Origin: Camelus ferus
Lineage: Eukaryota
Direction of reading: 5' to 3'
Assembly (NCBI RefSeq): GCF_009834535.1
Contig: NC_045697.1
Span: 90,026,001-90,090,000 of the forward strand
DNA length: 64,000 nt
Both the position numbers and the translations under genes were made by a program. Shown piece after piece: positions 12,371-26,351 of this stretch (within the stretch, counting starts at the first letter, position 1; the number at the start of each line of letters is the position of its first letter). The notes beneath the pieces are model-generated. The model made no database searches and was not told where the DNA came from. It worked only from the letters and a program-made list of their open reading frames with translations.

Positions 12371-12734
12371 TGCTATGAGCTGAGTGTGTCCCCCACCCCC
12401 AGCAAAATTCATATGTTGAACTTCTAACCTTCAATGTGATGGTATTAGGAGGCAGGGTCTTTGGGAAGTAATGAGGTTTAGATGAGGTCATGAGGGTTAA
12501 GCTCCCATAACAAGATTCAGTATCATCATGAGAAGAGGAAGGACACCAAGCCTTGAGGACAGAGCAAGAAGCAGCTGTCTGCAGGCCAGGAAGCGGGCCT
12601 TCACAGGAAGGAACCAACCATACTGGTACCCTGATCTCAGACTTCCCAGCCTCTAGAACTGGGAAAAATAAATGTCTGTATTTGAGCTACCCACTCTGTA
12701 GCGGTTTATTGTACCAGCTGGGGCAGACTAATAC
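12371..12734 (+). mobile_element. MaLR solo LTR, MLT1A-like (364 bp)
   Basis: TG start; aaattcatatgttgaa...aatgtgatggtattagga...tcagacttcccagcctctagaactg...aataaatg...gactaataca end. Confidence 0.88.
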
Positions 12735-13189
12735 AGGGCCTTTTTTTTTTAATCTTTTTTTTTTTTTTTACATTATACCTATTATATAGTTATAGAGAGC
12801 ACTCTTTGATAACACTGATACAGGCTCAAAAGGTTTTGCATAAGAGAAGGGAATAAACATGTTCATTTTGGAAGTTCATCACTTCATCTATATTTATGGA
12901 GTACAGACAGGAGGGAGGAAAGACTGGAAGCAGCAGAGGTAGAATATATTAACAGAGGAGATGAGGAAGAAGGAGGAGTCAAAGCTGACTGTGGGCTCTC
13001 TGGGCTGAGCACCTCAGGAGGTGACAGTTGACACTGACTGAGAGGGGAAGGACTTCAGGAGGAAAGGGTTATGGAGTAAGATCAAAGCACAGCCTCCAAG
13101 TAATAAGACTACACTCTGTGTATACATATTACTTAAGTAAAGTACCAAATCAATCTCACCATTTTATTTACCTTGGGATATTTTTTGAA

Positions 13190-13318
13190 ATATGAAGTCC
13201 GGAGGCATACACATATGTATTTTGTTTCAGCAGGTTGAAACAAGGGCCAGAGAATTTATATTCCTAAACAACTTCTCAAGTTCTTCTGATGACCAAACTG
13301 GATTGAGGGTCACAGCTA
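13190..13318. mobile_element. MER5-like hAT fragment
   Basis: gggccagagaatttatattcctaaacaacttctcaagttcttctgatg...ttgagggtcacagct. Confidence 0.5.
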
Positions 13319-15199
13319 AGATCTCTGGCCCAGCCGTATTTCTCATACTTAGCAAGTGCTTAATTACTATTAACTAAAAGAAGGACACTGTAATCCCAGG
13401 GCAGAACAGGGTTAGAACCTTGCACTTCAGGAGCTAGGAAGCAGTAAAACTGCAGAGAGAAGAGGAAAGCAAATATAAGCAGTCAGGATACCTGAGACCT
13501 AGTACCTGCTCAAACACTAACTGGGCTGATTTTCACTTTTCATTTATTAAATAACCCATAATGATGCTTCTGACTCTAAAATTCTGTGTTTTCAAGATAT
13601 CACATGGTGTTTGCAATGGGTAATTAGGACAGCAATGACCTCTTATTTTATCGATACAGTCAGGACATAAAAGGCTAGTCTTCGGGACTATAGGAAGAAT
13701 GTAGTTGAGAGGCCATACCTGCTAAGATGCATTCCCCAAATCATTGATGTATAGAGTTCACAAGATTGCCCATGCAAGAGTATTGTAGTTGTTTTTACTA
13801 CCATAATATTCCAAATGATCCAGTATCATTGCAAAAATCATTTCTACATCAAGAGTTTGCACCTTTTACGAGAGAAATAATTTTCTTGAAGAGTTTGCTG
13901 GATACACACCGAAAACTAGCTCACTACTTGGAAACCTACTGAGTAAATTCAAGAGCCCAGCTCCTTTTATTTTCAAGTTTCTGGGAAGAGTATCAAAGGG
14001 GATCGGGGAAGAAGAAGAGGATTCCAGCCCTCAGCTCACTTTCTCTACAAGCGAGGACAAGGGAGGACACACCGAAGCTGAAGCTGAAGCTGATGGCCAC
14101 TGCAGCCCTGCCTCTAGCAGCAATTATCTTTTAAGATTATTCATTCATTCAATGTTTTGTGAACTCACTGTATCAACAATTCTAGGTCAGCTGTCTCTTA
14201 TACCCTCCTTCTTCATATATACCAACACCTTACCCCCGAAAAATCTATAAACTTTCCAAGCATAACAACAAAACAAACTACTGAGCTGGGAGGATATGGT
14301 ATAAGCACATCATTCACCCTTCCATTTTTAATTCTGTGTTCAAAGCACTTTTTTTTTTTCTTCTTAATTTGCTTTGGATAAGCTATTCTGAAGCTTTTTC
14401 TCCCTCCTGCAGAATGGAAATATTTACAACATATCCACTCACTACAAAACCATTTAGTTGTCTCATGGAATCCATTATAATGGGATTTTTACCTGCTCTT
14501 GATTAGACCATGACCCCTCCCCCATTCCCAAAGCTTTTCTTCCACCAACAGTCTGATGAGTCCAATATGAGCTGCCTGCTACGCAGCTGTCTATTGATTT
14601 ACGCATAACTATATATCTCATTTGCTCCTTCTGGTGAAATTATTTTCTCTTACCTCCAAAATCAGAGCAGACCCTATCCCAGATCCTCTTTCTACTCTTT
14701 CTACCAGTACATTCCTAATTATCACAGAGCTAGGATTTGTCACATTTCCAAATTGGCTTATCCCTCCTAATTATTTAAAAATACTCTGTACTTTGAAACA
14801 TGACATTTTACTGAATTATGAACCTTACCAAACAGATGCTAAGAAAACATCTGATATTAAAATACATATTCTTTAATACTGAATTATGATCTTCTGGGAA
14901 ACAAATTTATAAGGATCATCTGGTTGCAAAATGTGATGTTAGTATTGGAACACTGAAAGCATTTAGCATATTTTTGGTATACACACTATAAAAATTAACA
15001 TCAAGGGAGTTCTCAGGACATGCTGAATGTCATAAAATCGATCATGGCTATATGGTGTCTAAAAATGCCCCAACTGTTCTTGATAATAAAAGTGTCACTG
15101 TGCAAACAATCACTTTAAAATAGCATTCATTATTACAAACCACTACTAATCACTGGAACTCTAGAATCTTACAAATTACTCATACTGTGAAAACCTTAC

Positions 15200-15284
15200 C
15201 AGTCTCTGAGTTATCTCTTCCATGCGGTGCTGCAGTCTGCAGGTGTTAGTCCTTTTGATTTCTTTATTAAATATACTTAAACAT
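15200..15284 (-). CDS. Candidate coding exon, 85 nt, phase 2-0 ((R)CLSIFNKEIKRTNTCRLQHRMEEITQRL)
   Basis: Acceptor aatcctttttaag|atg, strong donor CTG|GTAAGG, single open frame, phases fit the 26190 and 5822 candidates. Confidence 0.5.
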
Positions 15285-15765
15285 CTTAAAAAGGATTATC
15301 CAGTGAACTTTGATACCGCTAAGCTAACTTTCACATCATTATAACTAAGAGAAGCCAAATTCATTTGGGCACTTTAAAACTATAAAATAAATGAAAAAGT
15401 GTTTTTCAAGACCCAGTGGTGAGGATGAGGTACTGTCTAGTAGACAGGAGCACAACTAAAACTGGTAAGTAATAAGCAGCAGTGGTAATCCTAGTAAAAA
15501 TGTTCTTAGATCACAGAGCCATGATAAACTTTACCAGACCAAGCCAAATGCCACTATTCATACCTATTTTCTGTTACCGCTTTCTTTAAATAAAACCAGT
15601 GTTACTATTGGTCAAAAGCCAGTTCAGTGAAATAATCACCGAAAATCCAAAGTGGATACTACTTACAATTTTGCAAAAGAAGGAAAACTGATACAAGTAT
15701 ATTAAAAGTCATACACATTTTTACCACCTTTTAAAAAATCAACTGTTCAAAAAACACAAAGAAAA

Positions 15766-15808
15766 GAAGGAAGGAAGGAAGGAAGGAAGGAACAAAGGAA
15801 AGAAGGAA
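15766..15808 (+). repeat. (GGAA)n microsatellite
   Basis: gaaggaaggaaggaaggaaggaaggaa followed by degenerate copies. Confidence 0.9.
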
Positions 15809-17539
15809 ACATCTAAGTATCAAATCTTTCTATAAAACATACATACATAGACACATTTTGAGTTTTATTCACAAAGGTCAGCTTCACACGTGACCTTCTG
15901 CAGTGCCAAACACCTCCAAACATCAGCCTTCTTTGCTAAAAACCAGACAAATTAGCCAAAAACACTATCTTCAGCTTATTTTAAAGTGCATAGGTCTGAT
16001 TAATATTTTTATATAGCATATCAAGAAGCCTCTAGAATGTGAAAAAAAATTGTTTTTTTCCTTTATTGGGGAAAAAGATGTGTCTACTTCTGCAATGTAT
16101 GTATAATCTTCATTTAGAAACAATGAATATATAACAATATTATATAAATAAACCAGCTGAATACTCTACAAGAATATTCCTCTTTTGGTCTATTTTTAAT
16201 ACTAAAAAATGTAGTTTTATGCTCTAGTTGACACTGAATATATATTCAGTCCCAAACCAAAGATGAAATGTGTTAGTTGAAAATGTGTCTGTTGACAAGT
16301 TATGCCTTTTTGAAAACTGAGTTAATTAAACAGCATGTGACACTTCAGTGGGAAAATGAGAATTTTGCCTATATATAATGAACTTTGTAATGAAACATGT
16401 AATAATATATGATCTAAAATAGTTTTTCCTATATCACACACAATTACATGTTATTATTATTAACAGTCTAGAGCAGCATTTGCTGGACATACACCCAGCC
16501 TGTCTTCACAACCATGAGTAGATGTTGGCTTAGACAGTCACTGTTTTTCATGAGGTACTTCACAAACTTGGAGAATTTGACTACTGAACTCATAAATTAT
16601 ATTAACTATCTCCCACAAATGGAAAGTAAAAAGAATTTTCTTCAATTTGTTGCATCTAAGACAACTATCAGTACTCAGATGATTCTCTAGCTAAGTAATG
16701 GATACTTCTATATACTGCTCATATTCAGATGTTTCTTAGGACCTAGATTTCCGGAATTTGACTCCAACATACTGATATTTTATCAAAGGTCATATGCAGG
16801 TCAAATAGCAACTAGATTGATTATTTTTAAGCTATTTTTCCTATAAGAAGATAAATATAGGGTACATAAACATCAAGTGGAAAAGTTTAGAGTTCCAGAA
16901 ATTTTTAAGGAATAAAATATAGTATGCTAAGGTTAGAAGAGTTATTAACACTAAGAAAACCCAGGCTGTTACATCAGCCTTTACTGTGACAGCAGAAGGC
17001 AATCTCACACTGACCAGGGACATTGTTAATGGAAATATTTAATTACCAGCCCATAGCTCCAATATGTAAATGATTATCGTAAAGTCCACCTCTCCACAAA
17101 TCTCAATATTTCTGTTGCTATGATCTAGAACAATGTCAAGGAGTTAGTAGAAACTCAATAAATATTTGTTGAGTGAAAAAAAACCAGAATAAATAAAATG
17201 AATAAAATTCTGACATCCATATTTGAGAATAGCTAATATTTTAATTGCAAAACCTAGATATGAGGCAAGAATTTTATGGCCCTAGAAACCACTCTCCATG
17301 ACATTGACATTGCCCCTGAACACGGCCTCTTCTACCATCATGTTTCTAGTAAACAGTCACCATCTCAGGCATGGAACATCCTGCCACTTCTACCCTGAAG
17401 TAAGTAGACAATGTTATAGAAATTTTTCCTGGCCTCTGACTCTTGTTAGCCTTCTAGGAGAGAAGCCATGCCTCTGGGCTGTCTCCTATCTCATTTAATA
17501 TTCTCTATCATTCATTAAGCAGCTACCCAAACCAAGGAC

Positions 17540-17725
17540 TGTTATAGTATGTTATAGACAGATATGGTCACCATTACCTTATCCAACAGAAGAAGCTGGC
17601 CTCAAAGTGATTGAGCAACACTGTCCAAGGTCATAGAATTATTTGTAAATAGTGGGGAAAGATTTCAAACTCACCTCTGTTTCATTTCAAAGCTAAGGTT
17701 TACCCTACTTATACCATGCTGCATT
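17540..17725 (-). mobile_element. MIR SINE fragment
   Basis: gtccaaggtcatagaatta...gatttcaaactcac...ataccatgctgc. Confidence 0.65.
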
Positions 17726-17916
17726 TTATTTATTTCCTAATTAAGTATATAAATATAAAGAGAGAAAAATATTTTGGCATCCAAAATGCAGTACATGTGG
17801 AAATATGTCTGTATAGTCATACTGTCAAAAGACAAAGAAATGAAAAACAATTTTGAGTTATATTAGAAGTTATGTATTATAACTATACATATACATATAC
17901 AAACACATATAAATAC

Positions 17917-18286
17917 TGTGATTGTCACTACTTTGTGTCAACCTAACTAGACTACAGTCCTCAGTTGCTCAGTAAACACTAATCCAGGTCCTGTTACAAA
18001 GGTATCTGGCAGATGTGATTAAAGTCCATAATAAATTGACTTTAAGTAAGGAGATTTTCCTACATCCTCTGGGTAGGCCTGACTCAAGCAGCTGAGGATT
18101 CCACGAAGAGGAAGATATTCCACTTACGGACTGCAGCTTCGACTGAACCAGAGTTCCAGCCTGCCTTTGCTGATGGCCTGCACTAAGGATTTCAGACTGG
18201 CCTAGTCAGACTTCACATCATATAAGTCACTTCTCTTAATACATTTCTCCTACTGGTTCTGTTTTCCTGGTTCAATCCTGACTAAT
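17917..18286 (+). mobile_element. ERVL solo LTR, MLT2-like
   Basis: tgtgattgtcactactttgtgtcaacctaactagactacag...gactttaagtaaggagatt...ctcctactggttctgttttcctgg...cctgactaat. Confidence 0.82.

Positions 18287-18346
<60 letters not shown>
18287..18346 (+). repeat. (TAGA)15 tetranucleotide microsatellite
   Basis: Perfect run directly after the MLT2 3' end. Confidence 0.97.
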
Positions 18347-18348
<2 letters not shown>

Positions 18349-18414
18349 TCTTCCCAAATATCTTAATTCTTAATCTTGCCTTTGTGGTAATTTACTGCAA
18401 ATCACCAACAGCAC

Positions 18415-18831
18415 TATGGCAGAGACTAGCTAGCTGGTCACCAAACCCATTTCCTCTTCCTCCTGGACACACATATAGACAACATTTCCCAGCATCCTCT
18501 ACAGTTAGGTGGAACCATGTGACTGAGTTTTGGCCAATGGAACGTGAATGGAAGTGATAAACACTATTTCCAGGCTTTGCCCATACAACCTAACATTTGC
18601 AAATCCCATGCTTTTTCTCCTTCTGTGGTAATTTTAGAAGTCAGATGTTGAAGATTACTGAGCTGATAGAGGGAAAATGGAATACTAAATAATTTTTTCA
18701 CAAAAGCTGCCTGCTACTCAGAATTGCCTATTTGAGACTTTTCATTAGCAAAAATTAAACCTGAATTATGTTAAATTACTGAAATTGGTGCATTAGTGTT
18801 TTACACAAATTCTGGTACCTTAACTAGCACA
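18415..18831 (+). mobile_element. MaLR LTR, MLT1J-like
   Basis: catttcccagcatcctctacagttaggtggaaccatgtgactgagttttggccaatggaacgtgaatggaagtgat. Confidence 0.75.
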
Positions 18832-21800
18832 AGCACTTCCATTTTTCCCATCATATAAATATTCCAGTTTATTACTAACAAAAGCTTAATATATGTATCA
18901 CTATTGCATACTTTTCTTGGCTGAACAGCATAGAGATAAATTCAATGACTTTCATCCTATTTCATTACTTAACAAAAATGTCAATAATTGCCAAGGAACC
19001 AAAAAATTCTGAAATGCAAAAGAGACCAGAAATTTTCAAATCATCTACATTATTGAAAAATATATTATTTTATTCCACAGAATGACTTCTAAAGCATTTT
19101 CAAATAAAAAGTTTATGCCATAAAAAGCTAAGAAAAATAGAGCAACACATTTGAGATAATTTACAATATTAAATATGTCTGTTTGATATCCTTACACATT
19201 TCAACTTAATAAAACAAGATCGATTGTGCCTCAAAAGGGATTAGAGATTTGGTAGTGGTAAAAAAAAAAAAAAAAAAAAAAGTAATACATTATGTGAAAT
19301 TTTAATGAAAAAAAGAATGCACTTCTCAAAGAATTTAAAGCTGTTCATATATCTGACTTCCCCTGTATGTATATTCTGACAATGGCAATGCTATTTCTGC
19401 TGTGGCCCTGCCACCTTGTGTTCTCTTCCTAAGCACACACATAATTTTGCTTTTGTTTTTTTTTTTTTTTTTTTTTCTTTTCAGTACGAGACATGTTATG
19501 AGAGCTCACGTGTCAAGGATTTCAGATATTTTGCTTTAATAAAAATAAAACTCAAAATCACCTCTTGCCTTTGGCTGCATCTCTGTATGTACAAAGAAGT
19601 GGAAATTTAATGCAAGTGTCAAGACCCACATAATCCTCTTATTGAAGGGGAAAAAATTAGAGATGAAATGATCCAGATTTGCTGCATATATTGGGCACAT
19701 TTTTTGATAATTCTTCTACTCTCTACTTTTACTGGCTCCCATTGTTTTACTGTGTAGTCTTTATAAAGTGCCTAGAAACTCTGGAGATAAGTTAACTCAG
19801 CACTCTTAAGATCTCTGACTCCAGACAATGTACTTTGGTGGAAAGCCAGGTTTTAAGTCCTTAGGGGAGGCTTTAGGGATAAAATGATAGAAGAGGAGAC
19901 AGAAAAAAGATGGTTATAATCACTCATACAGAAAAGAGAGAGAGAGATGAGCAGGAACAGTGGCTCTGACAAACAAAGGTAGATTCAATCAACCATGTTC
20001 ATAATCATGATGAGCGAAAATGAGCTCAATTAGAGAGAATACAATTGGTCCTACAGAAAAGTGTTGATTTGAAGGAAACACTCAACATACATCATTCTTA
20101 ATAAATAGTATATTGAAAAAATGATAAAAAGAAGAGAATTCCGTCAGGCAAAGTTTTATAACTACCTGTTAGAGACAAATTCCAAAAATTTATGGTAGCT
20201 ATAAATAAGATCAATTGATTTTTAAATCTATAATTGATTTTGGAAGATTCAGTGTTGGCTCATCTAAAACATATCCCAATAATTCTCTGCAACCTACCAT
20301 TATAAACCTTGATCGCAAATGCAAATACTCATCCGTCACGTACAATTTAATCTCAATAAAATAAACATATTATTAACTCGGAAAAACAATCTCTACAATA
20401 GAATCTGCAAACTAGCTAAATGCCAAATTTAGATTTAAAACATATTTTTGTACCTTGTTGGTAAATCAGAGTAAATATGTTTCTCATAATCCATCAGTAT
20501 TTAATTAACATATGATAACTGTCCTATTAAACCTAAATTAAATCCTTATTGGAAAGACAGTTTAAAATGCAACTGCAGCTTCTTTTTATGTAAATTATAA
20601 CTATTCACAAAGACCAAAGACAAATCTCAAATGCAAACTATCTGAAGCGATTATATAGTTTGATTTAGGAGAATGGAAACTTGTAAGCCAAAAGAAAGCA
20701 AAACTTGGATGGAGAGGGGCTGACGTGCCTCAATTATTTATTTCCTTTAAAAAATTTTCTCCTTTTATTTTACACTTCTGCTATCAATTCAACTGTATTC
20801 ATTCAGATGTCCAAATAGAATTTGGGATCTAAAATTGTTTATATGCCTTCCTCCTGCCTAACAACCCAACTGCTTTTGACTGCCTCCCAAAAAACGTGCC
20901 ATTTTTCCTTCTGTTTATTTCTCCAGTGTATCAGCATTCATCTGTTTGAGTCTGCTTTAATGGAAGTCTTTCAGTATGCCATGCAACATTTTGCTGGGAG
21001 AAGGAAGGTTTGTGACTGACAGTCATGTGTAGTAGACCAAGGCTGGGAGTTTGCAGGGAGAACCAAACATTAGGACCGTCTCTTGTCTGGGAGCTCTGAG
21101 AATGTTTATAGTAAATTCTGTGTTAGGAAATGTCTGCAGGAAGGAAAGTCCCCAATAAAGTTTATTTGGAATTAGCTGTAACCTCCCTGTTTGAGGATAT
21201 TGCACGATTTGAGGATGACATCAGGTGGGAATAAAAGACAGAAATAAGACCAAGAATGTGTTTTACTTTCTTTTTAGGCAGCCAAGAATAACTTGCTTTG
21301 CATGATCATGGAATCGCTTCAGTGAAATGTTTAAATCTCAGGATTTTATGCATAATAAAACCCAGGAGCATTTAAGCCCTGAACAACCTCCTTTTCTTAA
21401 TCCAACTACATAAATCACTACTCTACAAAGCACAGATTATGTGTACCTGAAAAATATGTTCAAACAAGTATTAACAGGTATGATATATTACATATCATTT
21501 CTTCTTTTGAATGGACTTGATAAGAATAAGGTGGGTACTAGAAACCCTCATATAATATCAGAACCCTATCACCAATAGCATCCTGTACCACCGAAACAAA
21601 TAAGCAGAACTGAATGCTTATTAGCACAGTACATCTTCTTTGATATTGTCATTGGAAATGGCTTTAAATCTATAAAATGACCAAAAAAAATAGGAATTAA
21701 CAAACTATTTCAAAACTAATTCATTGTTTATAAGGCCATCCCTCAGTAGAGAATGGAAAAAAATTATTTGATCAGCGCAATGTGACCCAGGTGGTTAAGA

Positions 21801-22269
21801 TGTTCTTACAACAGTAACATTTATATTTCTGCATTCTCATTACCCAAAGGATCTCATCAGGTCTACTGAAGAAAGGTACCAGGCCAATATACACTACGAG
21901 ACTTAGAATTCAAAAAACACTTCAGTGGAAGCCAGTTTTTACCTTTCAGACAACTAAACCTGAGTAAGCTGATCTATCCGCAGATTTCTTGCCATAATTT
22001 AGCCCAAGCCCACTATACACAGAACATAATGATAGTAGAATACCTCATGCCTCCTTCTTGAGAAGGCACTGCTTAGAAGAAAGTTACACCTTATTCATCC
22101 ACTCAAACACTGAGTTTCAGAAAAATGGGATAAATGAGACCAAGGACAGGTCACATCTTTAAACCAGCCATGATATCCTGGCTGGAAAGTCCAGACTAAG
22201 CCTAATTTCTGTTTCCTTTTTTAAAATATTAGAATGCCAATTTATTAATAAAAATACAACTGTTAGATA

Positions 22270-22990
22270 CTCCAGTTAACCTAACTACTGCATTCTCCTT
22301 TCTCCTTGTAGTTCTGAGACTAAACCTGATTTCTGGAGTTCATTCCATGCTTTTGCTCCTGAAGGTGTGACCCATAAATAATTCTTCCCTCTGATTACAG
22401 CTTAACACAAAGATTTCCAGCCCTACTCTATGTATGGGAATCATCCTACTTCCCCGAGCAGATACATGTGTTTGTAGCCCCATTGTTCCCATAACCATAG
22501 GCTAGAAAAACACAGAAATGCAAGAAAAACTTCAATCCAGCTGACTACACATGTGCCAAACTGAACTCCAAGACAGTCCAACTTGCCATTCATACAGCCC
22601 CAACTGCTCACCCCGCCTGTTCTTGGAGATAATCTCCACCTGGTAAGGAGCCCCTCCCTCTCCCCTCACACCCACCCAAACTAGCACAGACTTCACAGGG
22701 CGATACTTAAAAGATTCACTTCAGTCCTTAGATCACTTCCCTATCTAAAATGCCCTCCCACCCAATCCACAAAACAAAAAACTTACAGTAAGAAATAGAA
22801 AAAAGAATCAAACTATATTCATCCACTTTACTGTAAGTCTGTTTCTGAGAATACATGGGGGCCTAGAGTAGAACATTCATGCCGTTAATCATTCCTCAAG
22901 CACATTCACAACTTCCCTTTTACTCTTTCTGCAGTTTACAGGCTTGATTTCTTAAGCATGGCATTAGGAAACCTTTACAACTAAAAGCCA
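22270..22990 (+). mobile_element. L2 LINE fragment(s)
   Basis: Pyrimidine-rich degenerate L2 motifs (catgtgccaaactgaactc; ttcacaacttcccttttactc...aagcatggcattaggaaaccttt). Boundaries approximate. Confidence 0.5.
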
Positions 22991-25900
22991 ATTTCTTTAA
23001 AAGCTATATGATCCATCCATAAAATTTTTATTGCCCCCTAAAGAGTAGCCATGGTAACTCCCAATAAGGACAGAGACCAACCTCATTTCTGGGGTGTGGT
23101 GGTGGTGGTGCTTCTCTTAATTACTTTTTATCAAGTTGAGATGTTTGTTGTTGTTTTTAGATGAAGAGTCTGAATTATATGCTTGCAGACAAAAATCTTG
23201 ATTCTTTATCCACTAGATACAGCCAGACAGATATAAAAAAGTGGAGATATTCTAAGCTAAAGAGACATTAAAGCTTTCTTTCTTTTCACTTTTAAGGAAG
23301 ATGAGAAATGGTCAGGGTCTGAGGATTATAAGAAAAGAAGGAAAAAATAAGAGGATAAAATGAAAGGGAAGTCAGAACTGGAGCTATTTTGGAAAGAAAT
23401 GTTAACAGACCTCACACAAAAGTGATAAAATAGTTTAAAAAAAAAAAAAAGGCATTTCTCCCATTCTCATCCATTCAAGCATTCCATGTAGTTAAAAATT
23501 GATCATTATAACCAAAATATAGCAAGGTCTGAAATACAGTCTATTAGATCACTGAATGAGGCACATGGAATTCTACTCTCAATACAACATATTTTCAAAT
23601 CATCACCTAACACCCTAATAACCCACAGCCCTTTATGGTAGCCAAAAAAGACCAGTCATAGAATAGAGACATTATATCTTGACGGAAGAAATTCTACACA
23701 CTTCAAAAGCAAATTCAACAACTTATATTAAGTTTGATTGCTCCTCTAGCTTACAACATGAGCCCAGCAAATAAATTCTCCTTAAAAACAAGAAACTCTT
23801 TTACAAGATAGCACCCAAGAGTGTCATATCATTTGATTTTAAAATAACTTTTTTTTCTATTATTTGAACAATATATAAGAAGAAAGAATTCAACGGGATG
23901 GAAAGACATTTAACTTGTCCATTCACACTCACAGGGAAGATTTTTTGGCCTCCTCATGATTCTATGCCAGTGGTACCAGAGAATGGGGAATACAAGGAGA
24001 GAATCCCATCAGACCAAGAGATTTCTAGCTAAACACCAGCTACATTATACTCATCCAAAAATATGAAGGTGGGAAATCATTTTAATCATTATGTCACTGG
24101 AACCTACCCAAATGCCTGGAATTGGTTAGCTGCTCAACAAATGTGGGAGGAAGAAAATAAAGAAAGGAGAAGGAGAGAGGAAGAAATGGACAGGAGGGTA
24201 AAAAATGGAATGATTTGACCCAATGAAGAATTCAGCAACTCATTTATTTCAAGCTGTTTAGAACATGAACACACTAGAGACTAAAAGCAATTGACAGAAT
24301 AAAGTACTTTGCTCTTTGTTTTCATATCTGCTCATATAAAACTGCACTCTACTTTCTTCTTTACATCTTGGTCATTAGCCACTGAATGGACATTAATTGT
24401 TCTAAAAAATAAAACTTGGGAAATTAAATTTTGTCTGTGGCAGATCCATAGTGTGGGAATTTCAGTCTACCATTTTCTCATGTGAGTTCTTTTTATAGTA
24501 TCACAAAAGTCAGGATATATTATTTGAGTGTAGTTTCTATTTGTTAGGATAACTGAATTTTTTATTCTGTAATTATGACATCTACACGTGTCCAAACCCA
24601 GGAAGTACCGTGCATGCAGCAGCACCTAGAAATTGCAAGAAGTTGCGTAGTAAGTTCACAGTTTATTATAATTCTGTTCTGCCTTCTTTGTGTGCTGAAC
24701 TAAAAACAGATTCTGGTATTTAAAATGTAGGTTCTTTCCTTTCTCACCAAATCTTATTATTCGCTCACCTGAATAACTGAATAAGTATGAAAGAACAGTT
24801 TACACTGATAAAATACCAACCTTCCAACTATTAGACTTCTTCAGAACCCCAGAGATAAATTCAAATTTTATTTTCAGGAAATCAATCCGATAGGTTTTAG
24901 ATTTCCTCCTACTCATTGTTCTTACTACAACCATATCCAAATTCAAACAGATTCTTTGATTCCTCATTCCCTACTTTTTCACAAAAGACAATTCTCCTTT
25001 TGTGAGAATGACCAGCAATAGCAAATCACCAAGTCACTTTCCCACAGTCACTTGGAGCTCCTTGCTTTTCACTGACAGACTAATTAACATGAGCCAGTAT
25101 GTTACGTGCATCGTATTTAATGATGATACTTTGGCCTATCCAATCTTCTTTCAGGTTAACACTGAACCCTATTCCATAATTGGAATCTATTCTTTTAGAG
25201 AGAACTTCATCCAGAGCAGTTTGACACAATGAGAAAAACTCACTCTCCTAATCCTAAAGGCACTAGTGAAATGTGAGGATCAATATGTCTCGTCCTTCAA
25301 TAAGTATCAGTCAATGCGGAAGACCACATGTACACTGCACATTTTTATTCAACTCTTATACTTATCAAATGAGGCCCTTATTATCTGAATAACCAGGGCC
25401 TTGCATTTCCTTACATTTATAGGGGTGCTTTCAACTACTGAATTCATGTCATGTTTCCCTCTTGTTTATAACTGCAATACAGGGAAAGCAGCAACCACAT
25501 TTGTTCTGTTTTATCGTAGACAGTAGTCTAACCAAAAAAAAAATAATAATAATGGAATATATCTGTTTCCTGTTTCACAAAGCTGGCATTTTGCTTCTGG
25601 CACTCTTCACTGCATTAACGCCTGTCTCAATTAGGTGGTGAGAGGAGAGAGGAAAACGCACAAGCTGTGCTCTGGCATTTCAACAGCAGTGACTCCAGTC
25701 AATTCCAGCAGAGCATCTTGCCTCCTGATTTAATCCCTCTTGTCAGTTGCCCATCACAAACTGCACAAGTATTTTGCGTATACTTTACAATCCTCAATTC
25801 TGCCATGGGAAAGAGAATGTGTCTACTAATGTATAATGCAAGAGCAGAGCTGGAGCCATAGGAAAGCAGTCTGCATGCCTTCAAAAGTTTATTTGAAATC

Positions 25901-26189
25901 AGATGATGTATGTTCACTCTAATTGCCAAAATCTATTAACTGATCAATTACATATGCATACACATACAAATGTATATATAGATACATGGAGAGAGAGAGA
26001 GGAAGAAAATGAGAGAGAAATAAAGAGGGAGAAAAAGAGAGAGAAAGAAGGAAAGGGTGAGAGAGAAGAAAAAAGGTCAGTAATTTTTAAGTTTACTTAA
26101 TGATAACTAAGTTTATCAAAATGAGAACAAGAGACTCGTAAACCCCACACTTAGGATTCCACGCTGTATCTGAGAAAAATCAATCTTGC

Positions 26190-26351
26190 CTGAGTAAATA
26201 TAACTCAGTACTACAGCGCCAAGTGTGAAGAATGGCATTCCTTTCCCTACATGAAACCATTTCTCCATCAGAGTAGCAATGAGACGAAAGGCTTGAGATA
26301 ATTGCTCTAACGTTTAATCTGATCTCTGTTTTGAGTCTACTACTCATCTTT
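26190..26351 (-). CDS. Candidate coding exon, 162 nt, phase 2-2, GC donor (KMSSRLKTEIRLNVRAIISSLSSHCYSDGEMVSCRERNAILHTWRCSTELYLL)
   Basis: Acceptor gtttctttcaacttttaatttggataacag|a; donor CAG|GCAAGA fits the GC-AG consensus; open frame (ORF track 26180..26362); three CpGs. Confidence 0.4.

Noticed and set aside
13862..13935. Minus exon-like segment (FPSSELVFGVYPANSSRKLFLS)
   Set aside because: Stops in all frames before a good donor, and the start phase is incompatible with the chain.
25903..26100. E/R/K-rich ORF
   Set aside because: Translation of a GA-rich low-complexity tract; the same applies to 27497..27793.
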